Assembly: GCA_041740615.1 (NCBI GenBank) | Contig: JBGSLR010000026.1 | Location: 5,165-69,164 of the forward strand | Direction: 5' to 3' | DNA length: 64,000 bases | DNA from: Desulfobacterales bacterium | Lineage (GTDB): Bacteria > Desulfobacterota > Desulfobacteria > Desulfobacterales > SURF-7 | Shown: piece after piece, positions 1-9,462 of the stretch | How the letters are laid out: the number at the start of each line of letters is the position of its first letter | How positions within the stretch are numbered: the stretch's first letter is position 1 | Translations under genes and position numbers: made by a program | The notes under the pieces: generated by a model | Databases searched by the model: none | The model's input: the letters and a program-made list of their open reading frames with translations, nothing else | Told to the model about the DNA's origin: nothing

Positions 1-97
1 TATCGGCGACAAAGTCCTGATTACGGAATCAAGACCGTTGAGCAAGACCAAACGCTGGCGTGTCAGCAAAATCGTGGAAAAAGCTGTTTCAATATAA
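1..97 (+). CDS. rpsQ: 30S ribosomal protein S17, C-terminal fragment (5' end outside the window)
   Basis: Frame 2 reads ...[30 protein letters not shown], the conserved S17 C-terminus. It lies immediately upstream of rplN, as in the canonical S10/spc cluster. Confidence 0.7.
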   Translation, partial: IGDKVLITESRPLSKTKRWRVSKIVEKAVSI

Positions 98-109
98 GGA
101 AACGAGAAG

Positions 110-478
110 ATGATTCAGGCAGAGACAAGATTAACGGTTGCGGACAACTCGGGTGCCAAGGAAGTTTACTGCATCAAGGTGTTGGGTGGATCGCGAAGGC
201 GTTACGCCAGGGTCGGCGATATTATTGTCGTATCGGTTAAGGAAGCGATTCCGAATGCCAAAGTAAAGAAGGGCGAGGTGTTGAAAGCGGTCGTTGTTCG
301 CACCAAGAAGGAACTCCGCCGGAACGACGGATCCTTTATTCGATTCGACGACAACTCCGCAGTGCTGCTCAATGCCAGCATGGAACCCATCGGTACCCGT
401 ATTTTTGGACCGGTCGCAAGAGAATTGCGCGCCAAGAAATACATGAAAATTATTTCGTTGGCCCCGGAAGTTTTGTAG
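110..478 (+). CDS. rplN: 50S ribosomal protein L14
   Basis: 122-aa ORF with the characteristic [22 protein letters not shown] start. The RBS GGAAACGAGAAG lies upstream. Confidence 0.95.
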   Translation: MIQAETRLTVADNSGAKEVYCIKVLGGSRRRYARVGDIIVVSVKEAIPNAKVKKGEVLKAVVVRTKKELRRNDGSFIRFDDNSAVLLNASMEPIGTRIFGPVARELRAKKYMKIISLAPEVL

Positions 479-506
479 CATTCATGGGTCTGGGGAGAAT
501 TGGTAA

Positions 507-836
507 ATGATAAAAGACAAATGTCACATCAGAAAAAACGATAAAGTAAAGATTATCACCGGAAAAGACAGCGGAAAGATCGGTAAGGTTTTGAAGGTGA
601 ACCGAAAAAAGAATCGGTTGTTGATTGAAAATATCAACATGATCAAGAAGCACTCGAAACCGGACATGCGGAATCGTCAGGGAGGAATCATTGAAACCGA
701 AGCACCCATTCAATGGTCTAACGTGATGGTGATGTGCAACAAATGTGTTAAACCGACGCGTGTCAAGTTTCAGGTGCTCGATGATGGCAAGAAAGTGCGC
801 AAATGCGGAAAATGTAGTGAGATAATAGATGCTTAA
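507..836 (+). CDS. rplX: 50S ribosomal protein L24 (KOW domain) with an unusual C-terminal CxxC...CxxC cluster
   Basis: The KOW motif ([19 protein letters not shown]) is present and the gene sits in the L14-L24-L5 order. The C-terminus reads CNKC...(18)...CGKC. Confidence 0.9.
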   Translation: MIKDKCHIRKNDKVKIITGKDSGKIGKVLKVNRKKNRLLIENINMIKKHSKPDMRNRQGGIIETEAPIQWSNVMVMCNKCVKPTRVKFQVLDDGKKVRKCGKCSEIIDA

Positions 837-889
837 ATCGGATGCATCCGATTCAAATTCAAGATCAGGATCGCGCTCCGGAGGATAAG

Positions 890-1429
890 ATGTCACAGCT
901 AAAAACGTATTATGAAGAAACAGTCGTTCCCAGTCTGATGAAAACCTTTGCATATAAAAACATTATGCAGGTGCCGAAACTGGAAAAAATCGTTTTGAAT
1001 ATGGGGCTGGGGGAGGCCATTCATAATATTAAAATAATGGATTCCGCCACCGAGGAAATCAAAATTATTACGGGACAGAAGCCGGTGGTCAGGCGCGCAA
1101 AAAAATCCATTGCAGCCTTCAAATTGCGGGAGGGTATGCCGGTGGGCTGCATGGTGACCCTGCGCAAGAATCGTATGTACGATTTTTTAAACCGCTTGGT
1201 GAATATCGCTTTGCCCCGAGTACGGGATTTCAAAGGAATTTCCGGGAAAGCCTTTGACGGACATGGTAACTATTCACTTGGAATCAATGAGCAAATCATA
1301 TTCCCCGAAATCGAGTATGATAAGATCGATAAAATTAAAGGACTGAACATCACCATCGTCACCAATGCGAAGACCGATGCAGAAGGTAAGGAATTGCTGA
1401 AACAAATGGGAATGCCGTTTCGGAATTAA
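890..1429 (+). CDS. rplE: 50S ribosomal protein L5
   Basis: The ORF 842..1429 was trimmed to the ATG at 890 ([14 protein letters not shown]...), which is preceded by GGAGG at 879-883. The protein has the L5 signature [20 protein letters not shown]. Confidence 0.9.
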   Translation: MSQLKTYYEETVVPSLMKTFAYKNIMQVPKLEKIVLNMGLGEAIHNIKIMDSATEEIKIITGQKPVVRRAKKSIAAFKLREGMPVGCMVTLRKNRMYDFLNRLVNIALPRVRDFKGISGKAFDGHGNYSLGINEQIIFPEIEYDKIDKIKGLNITIVTNAKTDAEGKELLKQMGMPFRN

Positions 1430-1480
1430 TGGTGCCGTTCCGTTCGATAGAGACCGGGAACGTTCGCAAGGAGGAAGAAG

Positions 1481-1666
1481 TTGGCTAAACTATCGCTAAA
1501 AATCAGAGCTTCACGAGAACAGAAGTTCGGTGTACGTGCTTATAACAGATGCCCACTTTGTGGTCGTCCGCGTGGGTTCATGAGGAAATTCGGTATTTGT
1601 CGTATTTGTTTTCGAAACCTGGCTTCCAGCGGCAGGCTCCCGGGAGTTATCAAGTCGAGCTGGTAG
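1481..1666 (+). CDS. rpsN: 30S ribosomal protein S14 type Z (zinc-binding, 61 aa)
   Basis: 61 aa with a CPLCGR...CRIC zinc ribbon and a TTG start after GGAGGAAG. It lies between rplE and rpsH. Confidence 0.9.
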   Translation: MAKLSLKIRASREQKFGVRAYNRCPLCGRPRGFMRKFGICRICFRNLASSGRLPGVIKSSW

Positions 1667-1734
1667 GCATCAGGCACCACTCAGTGTAAGACGGTAGAAT
1701 ATGTTTATGGAAATAAAGTTAAACGGAGAGAACC

Positions 1735-2133
1735 ATGTCGATTAGCGATCCAATTGCGGACATGCTGACCCGGATACGCAATGCCGGAAAGGCGAAATTC
1801 AGCACTGTTGATATCCCCGGCTCCAGAATTGTCATCGAAATTGCGAGACTTCTGAAAGAGCAGGGATATATCAAGAATTACAAATTCGTTAAGGATAATA
1901 AACAAGGCGTTTTGAAGGTATATCTGAAATACGACGGGCAGAATGAGCATACCATTTGTGGACTGAAACGAGTTAGCAAACCGAGCATCCGCCGCTATGT
2001 CGGTGCGAAGGACATCAAACCCGTATTGAATGGAATTGGAACCGCCATTTTGTCCACATCTAAAGGCGTAATGACCGATAAACAGGCGCGCGAAGCGAAT
2101 GTCGGCGGAGAAGTTCTCTGCCATATCTGGTAG
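1735..2133 (+). CDS. rpsH: 30S ribosomal protein S8
   Basis: 132 aa starting MSISDPIADMLTRIRNA, the canonical S8 N-terminus. Confidence 0.95.
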   Translation: MSISDPIADMLTRIRNAGKAKFSTVDIPGSRIVIEIARLLKEQGYIKNYKFVKDNKQGVLKVYLKYDGQNEHTICGLKRVSKPSIRRYVGAKDIKPVLNGIGTAILSTSKGVMTDKQAREANVGGEVLCHIW

Positions 2134-2172
2134 TAACGGTATTTCTAGGCCTGTTAGAATGAGGAGTAAGCA

Positions 2173-2709
2173 ATGTCTCGAGTAGGCAAAAAACCGGTTG
2201 TGATTCCGGATAAAACCAAAGTGGCATACAAGGACCGTGTAATAACGGTTCAAGGTGAAAAAGGAAAGTTGACGCTGAACATTCACCCGGCCGTCGATCT
2301 GAAAATCGAAAACCAGATCATCGAAGTCGTAATGGGAGTGGAAAGCCGCAAGAACAAAGCGCTTCAAGGACTGACGCGATCCCTGGTGGCCAACATCATC
2401 ACGGGTGTCAGCCAGGGTTTTGAAAGAAAGCTGGAAATCAATGGCATCGGATATCGCGCCGAAGTTCAGGGGCATAATATCCAGTTCAACCTGGGGTACT
2501 CGCATCCCATTGTTTTTCCATTGCCGGAAGGAATTACCGCCGCCATCGATCGTTCCTCTATCAAATTATCTGGAATTGATAAGGAACTTCTTGGAAGAAC
2601 GGCTGCAACAATTCGGGAGCTCAGACCTCCCGAACCCTATAAGGGGAAAGGCGTCAAGTACGCCGAAGAACATATCCAGCGGAAGGCCGGCAAAACCGGA
2701 ACCAAGTAG
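2173..2709 (+). CDS. rplF: 50S ribosomal protein L6
   Basis: 178 aa starting MSRVGKKPV.IP; cluster position. Confidence 0.95.
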   Translation: MSRVGKKPVVIPDKTKVAYKDRVITVQGEKGKLTLNIHPAVDLKIENQIIEVVMGVESRKNKALQGLTRSLVANIITGVSQGFERKLEINGIGYRAEVQGHNIQFNLGYSHPIVFPLPEGITAAIDRSSIKLSGIDKELLGRTAATIRELRPPEPYKGKGVKYAEEHIQRKAGKTGTK

Positions 2710-2771
2710 CAGAGCGACAAACCGCCGGCGGCTTAGCCGATGGATTCCAAGTCAAGTAAGGATGCAGAAAT

Positions 2772-3140
2772 ATGGACTCAGCAATTAAAAGAAGACTGAC
2801 GAGAATAAAGAAAAGACAGCGAGTGAGAAGGAAGATCACCGGAACGGCGGAACGTCCTCGCCTGTGCGTCTTTCGAAGTTCAAAGCACATATACGCGCAG
2901 ATCATTGACGATGTTGCAGGGCACACCCTTGTCGCCGCCTCGACCTGTGAAAAAGATGCGATATCCGGACAAACATTCGAAAACAAAAAAGGCGCCGCCA
3001 GTTTTATCGGAAAACTGGTAGCAGAACGCGCGAAAGAAAAGGGAATCAGCACGATTGTTTTTGACAGGAACGGGTATCTGTACCACGGACGAGTGAAAGC
3101 TGTATCGGATGGCGCTCGTGAGGCCGGTCTGATATTTTAA
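2772..3140 (+). CDS. rplR: 50S ribosomal protein L18
   Basis: 122 aa with the [19 protein letters not shown] motif. Confidence 0.9.
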   Translation: MDSAIKRRLTRIKKRQRVRRKITGTAERPRLCVFRSSKHIYAQIIDDVAGHTLVAASTCEKDAISGQTFENKKGAASFIGKLVAERAKEKGISTIVFDRNGYLYHGRVKAVSDGAREAGLIF

Positions 3141-3175
3141 TGGCCAGAATGGCGATTTTTTAAGGAGGAAGACCC

Positions 3176-3673
3176 TTGTTCAAGCAGGAAAAGGATGAAA
3201 GCCAATTAATCGATAAAGTCGTCTATATCAACCGCGTGGCCAAGGTTGTGAAAGGTGGTCGAAGGTTCAGCTTTAGCGCCATCGTGGTCGTCGGTGACGG
3301 CGAAGGTCGGGTAGGATACGGACTCGGAAAGGCCGGCGAAGTACCGGAAGCGATCCGGAAGGGCGTCGAAAATGCCAAAAAAGACATGGTGACCGTGCCG
3401 ATTGTTAACGGTACCATTCCGTATGGGATTATCGGGAAATTCGGTGCGGGAAGGGTCTTGCTGAAACCCGCCGGGCCGGGTACCGGAGTCATCGCTGGCG
3501 GCGCCGTGAGAGCCGTACTGGAGGCCGTGGGAATACAGAATATCCTGACGAAATGTATGGGGACCAGCAATCCTCACAATGTCGTTAAAGCAACGATTGC
3601 CGGGCTTAGCCGGTTGCAGAGCAAGGCTCAGGTGGCTGCTAGACGCGGGATCAATGTTCAAGATCTGTCGTGA
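3176..3673 (+). CDS. rpsE: 30S ribosomal protein S5
   Basis: TTG start after AGGAGG; contains [25 protein letters not shown]. Confidence 0.9.
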   Translation: MFKQEKDESQLIDKVVYINRVAKVVKGGRRFSFSAIVVVGDGEGRVGYGLGKAGEVPEAIRKGVENAKKDMVTVPIVNGTIPYGIIGKFGAGRVLLKPAGPGTGVIAGGAVRAVLEAVGIQNILTKCMGTSNPHNVVKATIAGLSRLQSKAQVAARRGINVQDLS

Positions 3674-3686
3674 AGGGAAACAACCG

Positions 3687-3869
3687 ATGTCTTCAACCAT
3701 AAAAGTGAAATTAATTAAAAGCTTAAGCGGTCGGCCCGAGAAGCATATCAAGATATTGAAAGGCCTGGGACTGACGAAAATCAATAAATGCATCGAATTC
3801 CAAGACACGCCGGCCAACAGAGGCATGGTCAACAAAGTGTCTCATCTTGTCAGAGTGGAGGAAAAGTAG
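3687..3869 (+). CDS. rpmD: 50S ribosomal protein L30
   Basis: The ORF 3579..3869 was trimmed to the internal ATG at 3687 ([29 protein letters not shown]). That gives 60 aa, typical for L30. An RBS GAAGGGA lies upstream. Confidence 0.85.
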   Translation: MSSTIKVKLIKSLSGRPEKHIKILKGLGLTKINKCIEFQDTPANRGMVNKVSHLVRVEEK

Positions 3870-3870
3870 G

Positions 3871-4311
3871 ATGAAGCTTAACGAATTGTCACCAGCACCG
3901 AACTCCTCCAAGAATCGGAAACGCATTGGCAGGGGTGTTGGCTCCGGACACGGCAAAACCGCTTGCCGGGGAAGCAAAGGTCACAACGCGCGATCGGGTG
4001 GCGGTGTGCGACCGGGTTTTGAAGGCGGTCAGATGCCGATCCAGAGAAGACTTCCCAAACGCGGTTTTACCAATATATTCAAGAAGGAATACGCGATAAT
4101 CAATCTCAGCGATTTGGACAGATTCGAAAAAGGCAGCCTTGTCGATGAAGCCGCGCTTGTTCGGGAGGGCCTTGTGAAAGGGAAACGCGTTGGGATCAAA
4201 CTTCTTGGTAATGGTGAAATCAAGCAGGCGTTGACAATACAAGTGCACAAGGCCAGCCGTTCCGCCCAGGAAAAAGTCCTGGCGGCCGGAGGGAAAGTCG
4301 AGGTGATGTAA
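3871..4311 (+). CDS. rplO: 50S ribosomal protein L15
   Basis: Trimmed to [30 protein letters not shown], the canonical L15 start. GGAGGAAAAG sits 8 nt upstream and the rpmD stop overlaps the RBS. Confidence 0.9.
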   Translation: MKLNELSPAPNSSKNRKRIGRGVGSGHGKTACRGSKGHNARSGGGVRPGFEGGQMPIQRRLPKRGFTNIFKKEYAIINLSDLDRFEKGSLVDEAALVREGLVKGKRVGIKLLGNGEIKQALTIQVHKASRSAQEKVLAAGGKVEVM

Positions 4312-4313
4312 TT

Positions 4314-5612
4314 ATGATCGGCGGCGGATTCCAGAACGTATTTAAAATACCGGAACTCAAAAATAAAATCCTGATTACTTTTGCGCTTCTTGCCGTTTAT
4401 CGCGTCGGGGTTCATGTTCCGACACCGGGCATTGATTCCGCTGCCTTGGCCAGAATATTCGATGCGCACAAGAGCGGCATTCTCGGAATGTTCAACATGT
4501 TTTCCGGTGGGGCGTTAGAGAATCTGTCCGTCTTCGCACTGGGGATCATGCCGTATATCAGCGCGTCCATCATCCTTCAACTCCTGACCGTCGTCATCCC
4601 GCATCTTGAACGCCTTTCAAAAGAAGGCGAGCAGGGGCGCAAGAAGATTACACAATATACGCGCTATGGAACCGTCGTCCTCAGTATTATACAGGGGTTT
4701 GGAATCAGCGTCGGACTGGAGCAAATGGGAGCCGCTCTTCAGCCCGGATGGGGATTCCGTCTGATGACGCTGCTGACGTTGACCGCTGGTACGGCTTTTA
4801 TCATGTGGCTGGGCGAGCAAATCACCGAGCGCGGGATCGGCAATGGCATATCGCTTATAATATTCGCCGGTATTGTCGCCCGCCTGCCCGTCGCCGTCAT
4901 CAACACCTTCCGTCTGCTGTCCACGAATGAGATGGGGATATTCGCGGTGGCCATTCTGCTCGCCTTGATGGTGATCGTCATCGGGATCATCATTTATGTA
5001 GAGCAAGGCCAGCGGAGGATACCGGTACAATATGCCAAACGCGTGGTGGGACGTAAAATGTATGGCGGGCAAAGTACGCATTTGCCGCTGAAAATCAATT
5101 CCGCCGGTGTCATACCGCCGATTTTCGCCTCCTCCATCATGATGTTCCCGGCAACTGTCGCGAATTTTATTAACGTTCCCTATATAAAGGAATTCGCAGC
5201 AGCCATTCGCCCGGGCAACTGGGTTTACGAATTGATGTATATTGCATTTATTTGTTTTTTCTGTTTTTTTTATACCGCGGTTACCTTTAAACCGGATGAT
5301 GTAGCCGACAACATGAAAAAATATGGCGGGTTCATACCGGGCATTCGCCCGGGAAAAAGAACTGCCGACTATATCGATAGGGTGTTGACGCGGATTACGG
5401 TTGGCGGTGCCATTTATATCTCCGCTATCTGCGTGTTGCCATCCATTTTGATTACTAAATTCAACGTACCCTTTTATTTTGGAGGGACGGCGCTCTTGAT
5501 TGTTGTCGGCGTGGCCATCGATACGGTATCCCAAATGGAATCTCATATGCTTACACGCAATTATGAGGGTTTCTTGAAAAAAGGCAGTATCCGCTCGAGA
5601 AGCGGGCGATAA
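4314..5612 (+). CDS. secY: preprotein translocase subunit SecY
   Basis: 432 aa, with about 10 transmembrane segments visible by eye. The conserved position after rplO. The ATG is 2 nt after the rplO stop. Confidence 0.95.
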   Translation: MIGGGFQNVFKIPELKNKILITFALLAVYRVGVHVPTPGIDSAALARIFDAHKSGILGMFNMFSGGALENLSVFALGIMPYISASIILQLLTVVIPHLERLSKEGEQGRKKITQYTRYGTVVLSIIQGFGISVGLEQMGAALQPGWGFRLMTLLTLTAGTAFIMWLGEQITERGIGNGISLIIFAGIVARLPVAVINTFRLLSTNEMGIFAVAILLALMVIVIGIIIYVEQGQRRIPVQYAKRVVGRKMYGGQSTHLPLKINSAGVIPPIFASSIMMFPATVANFINVPYIKEFAAAIRPGNWVYELMYIAFICFFCFFYTAVTFKPDDVADNMKKYGGFIPGIRPGKRTADYIDRVLTRITVGGAIYISAICVLPSILITKFNVPFYFGGTALLIVVGVAIDTVSQMESHMLTRNYEGFLKKGSIRSRSGR

Positions 5613-5690
5613 CGGAAATTTTGGGCCAAGCGTTGCATACGGTTGTAACCCTGAGCGGAACCAGATTATAGAAAAGGCGGAGATGAAGGA

Positions 5691-5909
5691 ATGGCGAAGG
5701 AGGAGCCGATTAAAGTGCAAGGTAAAGTCCTCGAAACTTTACCGAATGCAATGTTTAAGGTAGAACTTGAGAACAAACATCAAGTTCTCGCTCATATTTC
5801 CGGAAAGATGCGCATGCATTTCATTAAAATCCTTCCGGGGGACACGGTAACTGTTGAGCTTTCTCCATACGATCTGACGCGTGGTCGAATTACATATCGA
5901 TCCAAATAA
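5691..5909 (+). CDS. infA: translation initiation factor IF-1
   Basis: 72 aa with an S1-like fold: [37 protein letters not shown]. Confidence 0.95.
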   Translation: MAKEEPIKVQGKVLETLPNAMFKVELENKHQVLAHISGKMRMHFIKILPGDTVTVELSPYDLTRGRITYRSK

Positions 5910-5985
5910 GCAATCGCGGAAAAGGAACACGCCCGACGGGACTATTCAACGCGAGCCAATTTGTGCTGGTGAGGAGAGCAGGTAA

Positions 5986-6099
5986 ATGAAAGTAAGAGCT
6001 TCAGTCAAAAAAATTTGCAGCAAATGCAAAGTGGTGCGCCGAAAAGGCGTAGTAAGAGTGATTTGCGAAAATAAACGCCATAAACAGCGGCAGGGATAG
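5986..6099 (+). CDS. rpmJ: 50S ribosomal protein L36 (zinc-binding form), absent from the supplied ORF track
   Basis: Hand-translated as [37 protein letters not shown], 37 aa. An RBS GAGGAG lies upstream. It sits between infA and rpsM as expected. Confidence 0.85.
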   Translation: MKVRASVKKICSKCKVVRRKGVVRVICENKRHKQRQG

Positions 6100-6112
6100 A
6101 GGAGGAACGGCT

Positions 6113-6493
6113 TTGGCTAGAATTGCGGGTGTAGATTTACCGAAGCGTAAACGGATTGAGATCGGTCTGACCTATATTTATGGGATCGGCCTGAGTACTT
6201 CAAAAGATATTCTTGGGAAACTCAACATCGATCCAAATACAAAGACAGACGATTTGTCGGAATCGGAGATCAATGAAATCCGGAAATTGATCACCAATGA
6301 TTACAAGGTAGAGGGTGAACTCCGTACCGACCTTTCAATGAGTATCAAACGCCTTATGGACTTGGGGTGTTATCGCGGTCTTCGCCATCGAAAAGCGCTC
6401 CCCGTGAGAGGACAGCGTACGAAAACCAATGCCCGTACGAGAAAGGGCCCGAGACGGTCCGCCGTTAAGAAAAAAGGCGCAGCAACGAAGTAA
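6113..6493 (+). CDS. rpsM: 30S ribosomal protein S13
   Basis: TTG start after GGAGGA; [10 protein letters not shown]... N-terminus. Confidence 0.95.
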   Translation: MARIAGVDLPKRKRIEIGLTYIYGIGLSTSKDILGKLNIDPNTKTDDLSESEINEIRKLITNDYKVEGELRTDLSMSIKRLMDLGCYRGLRHRKALPVRGQRTKTNARTRKGPRRSAVKKKGAATK

Positions 6494-6520
6494 CTTTATG
6501 AGGAGATAAGGGCGCAACCA

Positions 6521-6907
6521 ATGCCAAAAAAAACCCGTGTTAAGAAAAAGATAAAAAAAAATATTTCAAATGGTGTCGTTCATATCCAGTCGACCTTCAA
6601 TAACACCATTGTGACGATTACCGATCAAACCGGTAATGTTATTTCTTGGTCGAGCTCCGGCGTGCAAGGATTTAAAGGTTCACGAAAGAGCACGCCATTC
6701 GCGGCGCAGGTAGCTGCAGAAGATGCTGCAAAAAAAGCGATGGAACACGGCATGCGGACGGTCGAAGTTTATGTGAAAGGACCCGGCGCAGGAAGGGAAT
6801 CGGCCCTAAGAGCACTTCAAGCGGTGGGTTTTAATCTTGTCATGATTAAGGATGTAACCCCGATTCCCCATAACGGATGCAGACCGCCGAAAAGACGCAG
6901 AGTATAA
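6521..6907 (+). CDS. rpsK: 30S ribosomal protein S11
   Basis: 128 aa; [16 protein letters not shown] motif. Confidence 0.95.
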   Translation: MPKKTRVKKKIKKNISNGVVHIQSTFNNTIVTITDQTGNVISWSSSGVQGFKGSRKSTPFAAQVAAEDAAKKAMEHGMRTVEVYVKGPGAGRESALRALQAVGFNLVMIKDVTPIPHNGCRPPKRRRV

Positions 6908-6964
6908 AATACAACATCAATACGTATCAATAATTAGCCCAATAGTGGTTAAGGGAGGAAAAAC

Positions 6965-7591
6965 TTGGCACGTTATCGCGGCTCAGTCTGCAGACTCTGC
7001 AGACGTGAAAATTTAAAATTGTTTTTAAAAGGGGATCGCTGTTATTCCGATAAATGCGCCTTTGATCGAAGAAGCTACGCTCCAGGTCAGCATGGCCAGC
7101 GAAGAGGAAAATTTTCCGGTTATGGAGTTCAATTACGGGAGAAGCAGAAAGTAAAACGCATTTACGGCTTATCTGAGAAGCAGTTCCACTTGACCTTTGA
7201 AAACGCTGATCGCCAGAAGGGTATTACCGGGAGTAACTTGCTGACATCTCTTGAAAGGCGTCTCGATAACGTTGTTTTCCGTCTCGGTTTTGTCAATTCC
7301 CGCACACAGGGTCGACACTTCGTACGCCATAGTCATTTTTTGGTGAATGGGAAAAAAGTGAATATCCCGTCTTACCTAGTCTCTGCCGGTGATGTGATCG
7401 AAACACGTGAAAAGAGCCGAAATGTACAAAGCATCATTGATTCCTTGAACGCCGTTGTCCGGCGTGGACTCCCGCAATGGTTGGATCTGGACAAGGATCA
7501 TCAGAAGGGATCGGTAAAAGCATTGCCTGTACGCGAGGACATTACCACACCGATTCAGGAACAGCTGATTGTAGAATTGTATTCGAAGTAA
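6965..7591 (+). CDS. rpsD: 30S ribosomal protein S4 (zinc-finger form)
   Basis: TTG start after [32 protein letters not shown], with the S4 C4 cluster. Confidence 0.95.
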   Translation: MARYRGSVCRLCRRENLKLFLKGDRCYSDKCAFDRRSYAPGQHGQRRGKFSGYGVQLREKQKVKRIYGLSEKQFHLTFENADRQKGITGSNLLTSLERRLDNVVFRLGFVNSRTQGRHFVRHSHFLVNGKKVNIPSYLVSAGDVIETREKSRNVQSIIDSLNAVVRRGLPQWLDLDKDHQKGSVKALPVREDITTPIQEQLIVELYSK

Positions 7592-7698
7592 CGAGATCCC
7601 GGCAGAAGCAACCGCTTGAAGGATCGATTGCCTGAATTCGGTTGATTTATAGATTGTTGAAATGCCGTTACATTTCCTCTGAAAACGGAGAAAAACAT

Positions 7699-8718
7699 AT
7701 GTCATCAAATGAACTCACGTACATGAACTGGCGGGAAATGATCAAGCCCAAAAAGGTGGAAGTCAGTTCCACGCCTGCCTATGGGAAATTCATTTGGGAA
7801 CCACTCGAAAGAGGATTCGGCATCACCATCGGAAATGCATTGAGACGTATCATTCTTTCCTCGCTGCACGGAGCAGCCATTGTTTCTGTAAAAATAGAAT
7901 CCGTCATGCATGAGTTTTCCGTCGTCGAAGGTGTCCTGGAAGATGTATCAGAAATTATTTTAAACTTGAAAGAAGTTCGCCTGCGGGTCAGCGACGCAGA
8001 ACCGAAGACATTGCAAATCAACGCCAAGGGCGAAAAGAGGATTACCGCCGGAGACATCATCAGTCCCGATGGTCGCGTAGAGATTCTGAACCCGGAGCGT
8101 CATATCGCGACACTCTCGGAAACAGCTGAATTGAAAATGACGATGATCGTGAAGATCGGAAAGGGATACTCCCTCGCTGAATCCCATAAGGATCCCGATG
8201 CGCCCATCGGTACCATTCCCATCGACGCGGTTTTTTCCCCCATTAAACGGGTCAACTATGTCGTTGGAAACGCCCGGGTGGGACAACGAACCGATTATGA
8301 CAAACTGACCTTCGAGGTATGGACGGACGGCAGCGTTTTTCCGGAGGACACCGTTTCCTATGCGGCAAAAATTCTGAAGGAACAGATGAATATTTTCATC
8401 AATTTCGACGAAGAAATGGAGCCGACCCAGTCTCGTAAAAAGGACGACGACAAATCAAAACAGTTTAACGAGAATCTGTATCGGAACGTCGATGAACTGG
8501 AGTTATCCGTCCGTAGCGCCAACTGCCTGAAAAATGCTGATATTTTGAAGATTTTTCAGTTGGTTCAAAAGACAGAAGCAGATATGCTGAAGACCAAGAA
8601 TTTTGGAAGAAAATCACTGAACGAAATTAAAGAAGTTTTAAATGAAATGGGCCTTTCTCTGGGGATGAAACTTGATGGGTTTGTACCACCGGATGAAAAT
8701 GAAGAGGAAGGAGAGTAG
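7699..8718 (+). CDS. rpoA: DNA-directed RNA polymerase subunit alpha
   Basis: The ORF 7642..8718 was trimmed to the ATG at 7699, preceded by GGAG. The N-terminal and C-terminal domains have typical RpoA sequence (…NCLKNADILKIFQLVQKTEADMLKTKNFGRKSLNEIKEVL). Confidence 0.9.
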   Translation: MSSNELTYMNWREMIKPKKVEVSSTPAYGKFIWEPLERGFGITIGNALRRIILSSLHGAAIVSVKIESVMHEFSVVEGVLEDVSEIILNLKEVRLRVSDAEPKTLQINAKGEKRITAGDIISPDGRVEILNPERHIATLSETAELKMTMIVKIGKGYSLAESHKDPDAPIGTIPIDAVFSPIKRVNYVVGNARVGQRTDYDKLTFEVWTDGSVFPEDTVSYAAKILKEQMNIFINFDEEMEPTQSRKKDDDKSKQFNENLYRNVDELELSVRSANCLKNADILKIFQLVQKTEADMLKTKNFGRKSLNEIKEVLNEMGLSLGMKLDGFVPPDENEEEGE

Positions 8719-8726
8719 GTAGTCCG

Positions 8727-9227
8727 ATGAGACATAGAAATAGCGGAGTAAAGCTTAGTAGAACAAAAAGCCACCGGGATGCCATGTTCAAGAACATGGT
8801 TACTTCTTTGTTTAAATATGATCGCATTCAAACAACGGATGTAAAAGCCAAAGAGCTGAGACGCTGGGCGGACAAAGTCATCACCCTGGCAAAGCGTGGG
8901 GACTTGCACGCCAGACGGCAGGCGCTCGCCATTATTATGGAAAAAGACGTCGTTCACAAGCTGTTTGAGGAAGCCGCACAACGATTCGGATCGACCGCCG
9001 GCGGTTACACACGGATCGTCAAAATCGGTCGACGACCCGGTGATGCGGCACCGGTTTCCATGATCGAACTGATCGCTGAAAAAGTGGAAAGCAAAAAAGA
9101 AAAAACCGAAAAACCCAAGAAAAAAGCAGCCGCCGCCAAATCGGTTAAAAAATCGGAAAAAGCCGTTAGCGAGTCCGCGCCTGCTAAAATGTCTCCGGCT
9201 GCTGAGGAAGAGCCCAAGACAGAATAG
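8727..9227 (+). CDS. rplQ: 50S ribosomal protein L17 with a Lys/Ala-rich C-terminal tail
   Basis: MRHRNSGVKLSRTKSHR.AM..N.VTSL N-terminus. It is the last gene of the alpha operon. Confidence 0.9.
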   Translation: MRHRNSGVKLSRTKSHRDAMFKNMVTSLFKYDRIQTTDVKAKELRRWADKVITLAKRGDLHARRQALAIIMEKDVVHKLFEEAAQRFGSTAGGYTRIVKIGRRPGDAAPVSMIELIAEKVESKKEKTEKPKKKAAAAKSVKKSEKAVSESAPAKMSPAAEEEPKTE

Positions 9228-9277
9228 GTTTTTTCGATCCACCCAACGAGGCACCAACAAAAATCATGTGATTCAAA

Positions 9278-9309
9278 AGCCCTGGCTAATAACGGCAGGG
9301 CTTTTTATT
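9278..9309 (+). terminator. rho-independent terminator closing the ribosomal-protein / rpoA-rplQ operon
   Basis: The stem GCCCTG (9279-9284) pairs with CAGGGC (9296-9301), and a TTTTTATT tract follows directly. Confidence 0.7.
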
Positions 9310-9462
9310 ATCGTGCCGGCTTCTTTTCCCATTCTTCCTGAACACCGTTGTCCTGGTGCCTTTCAAATCCGCATCGTTTTTTCTTGGCAAACGGCATCAT
9401 AATGAATACCGTATCGCTTGTGTCCCGCTACGAAAGATGCAATCGTACATCGAGGAAAAAAT

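Noticed and set aside
3579-3686. N-terminal 36-aa extension of the L30 ORF, and similar 5' extensions of the L5, L15 and rpoA ORFs
   Set aside because: The extensions overlap the 3' ends of the preceding genes, lack an RBS, and would give proteins far longer than the conserved families. Internal ATGs with good RBS spacing were chosen.
4617-5720. 367-aa minus-strand ORF antisense to secY (and similar long antisense ORFs at 131..481, 8565..9260, 11809..13098, 17475..18362, 21029..21655, 48880..50352 and 58136..59311)
   Set aside because: These are typical GC-rich antisense open frames inside well-supported genes. Their composition is Arg/Gly/Pro-rich, they have no RBS, and they overlap strongly conserved genes.
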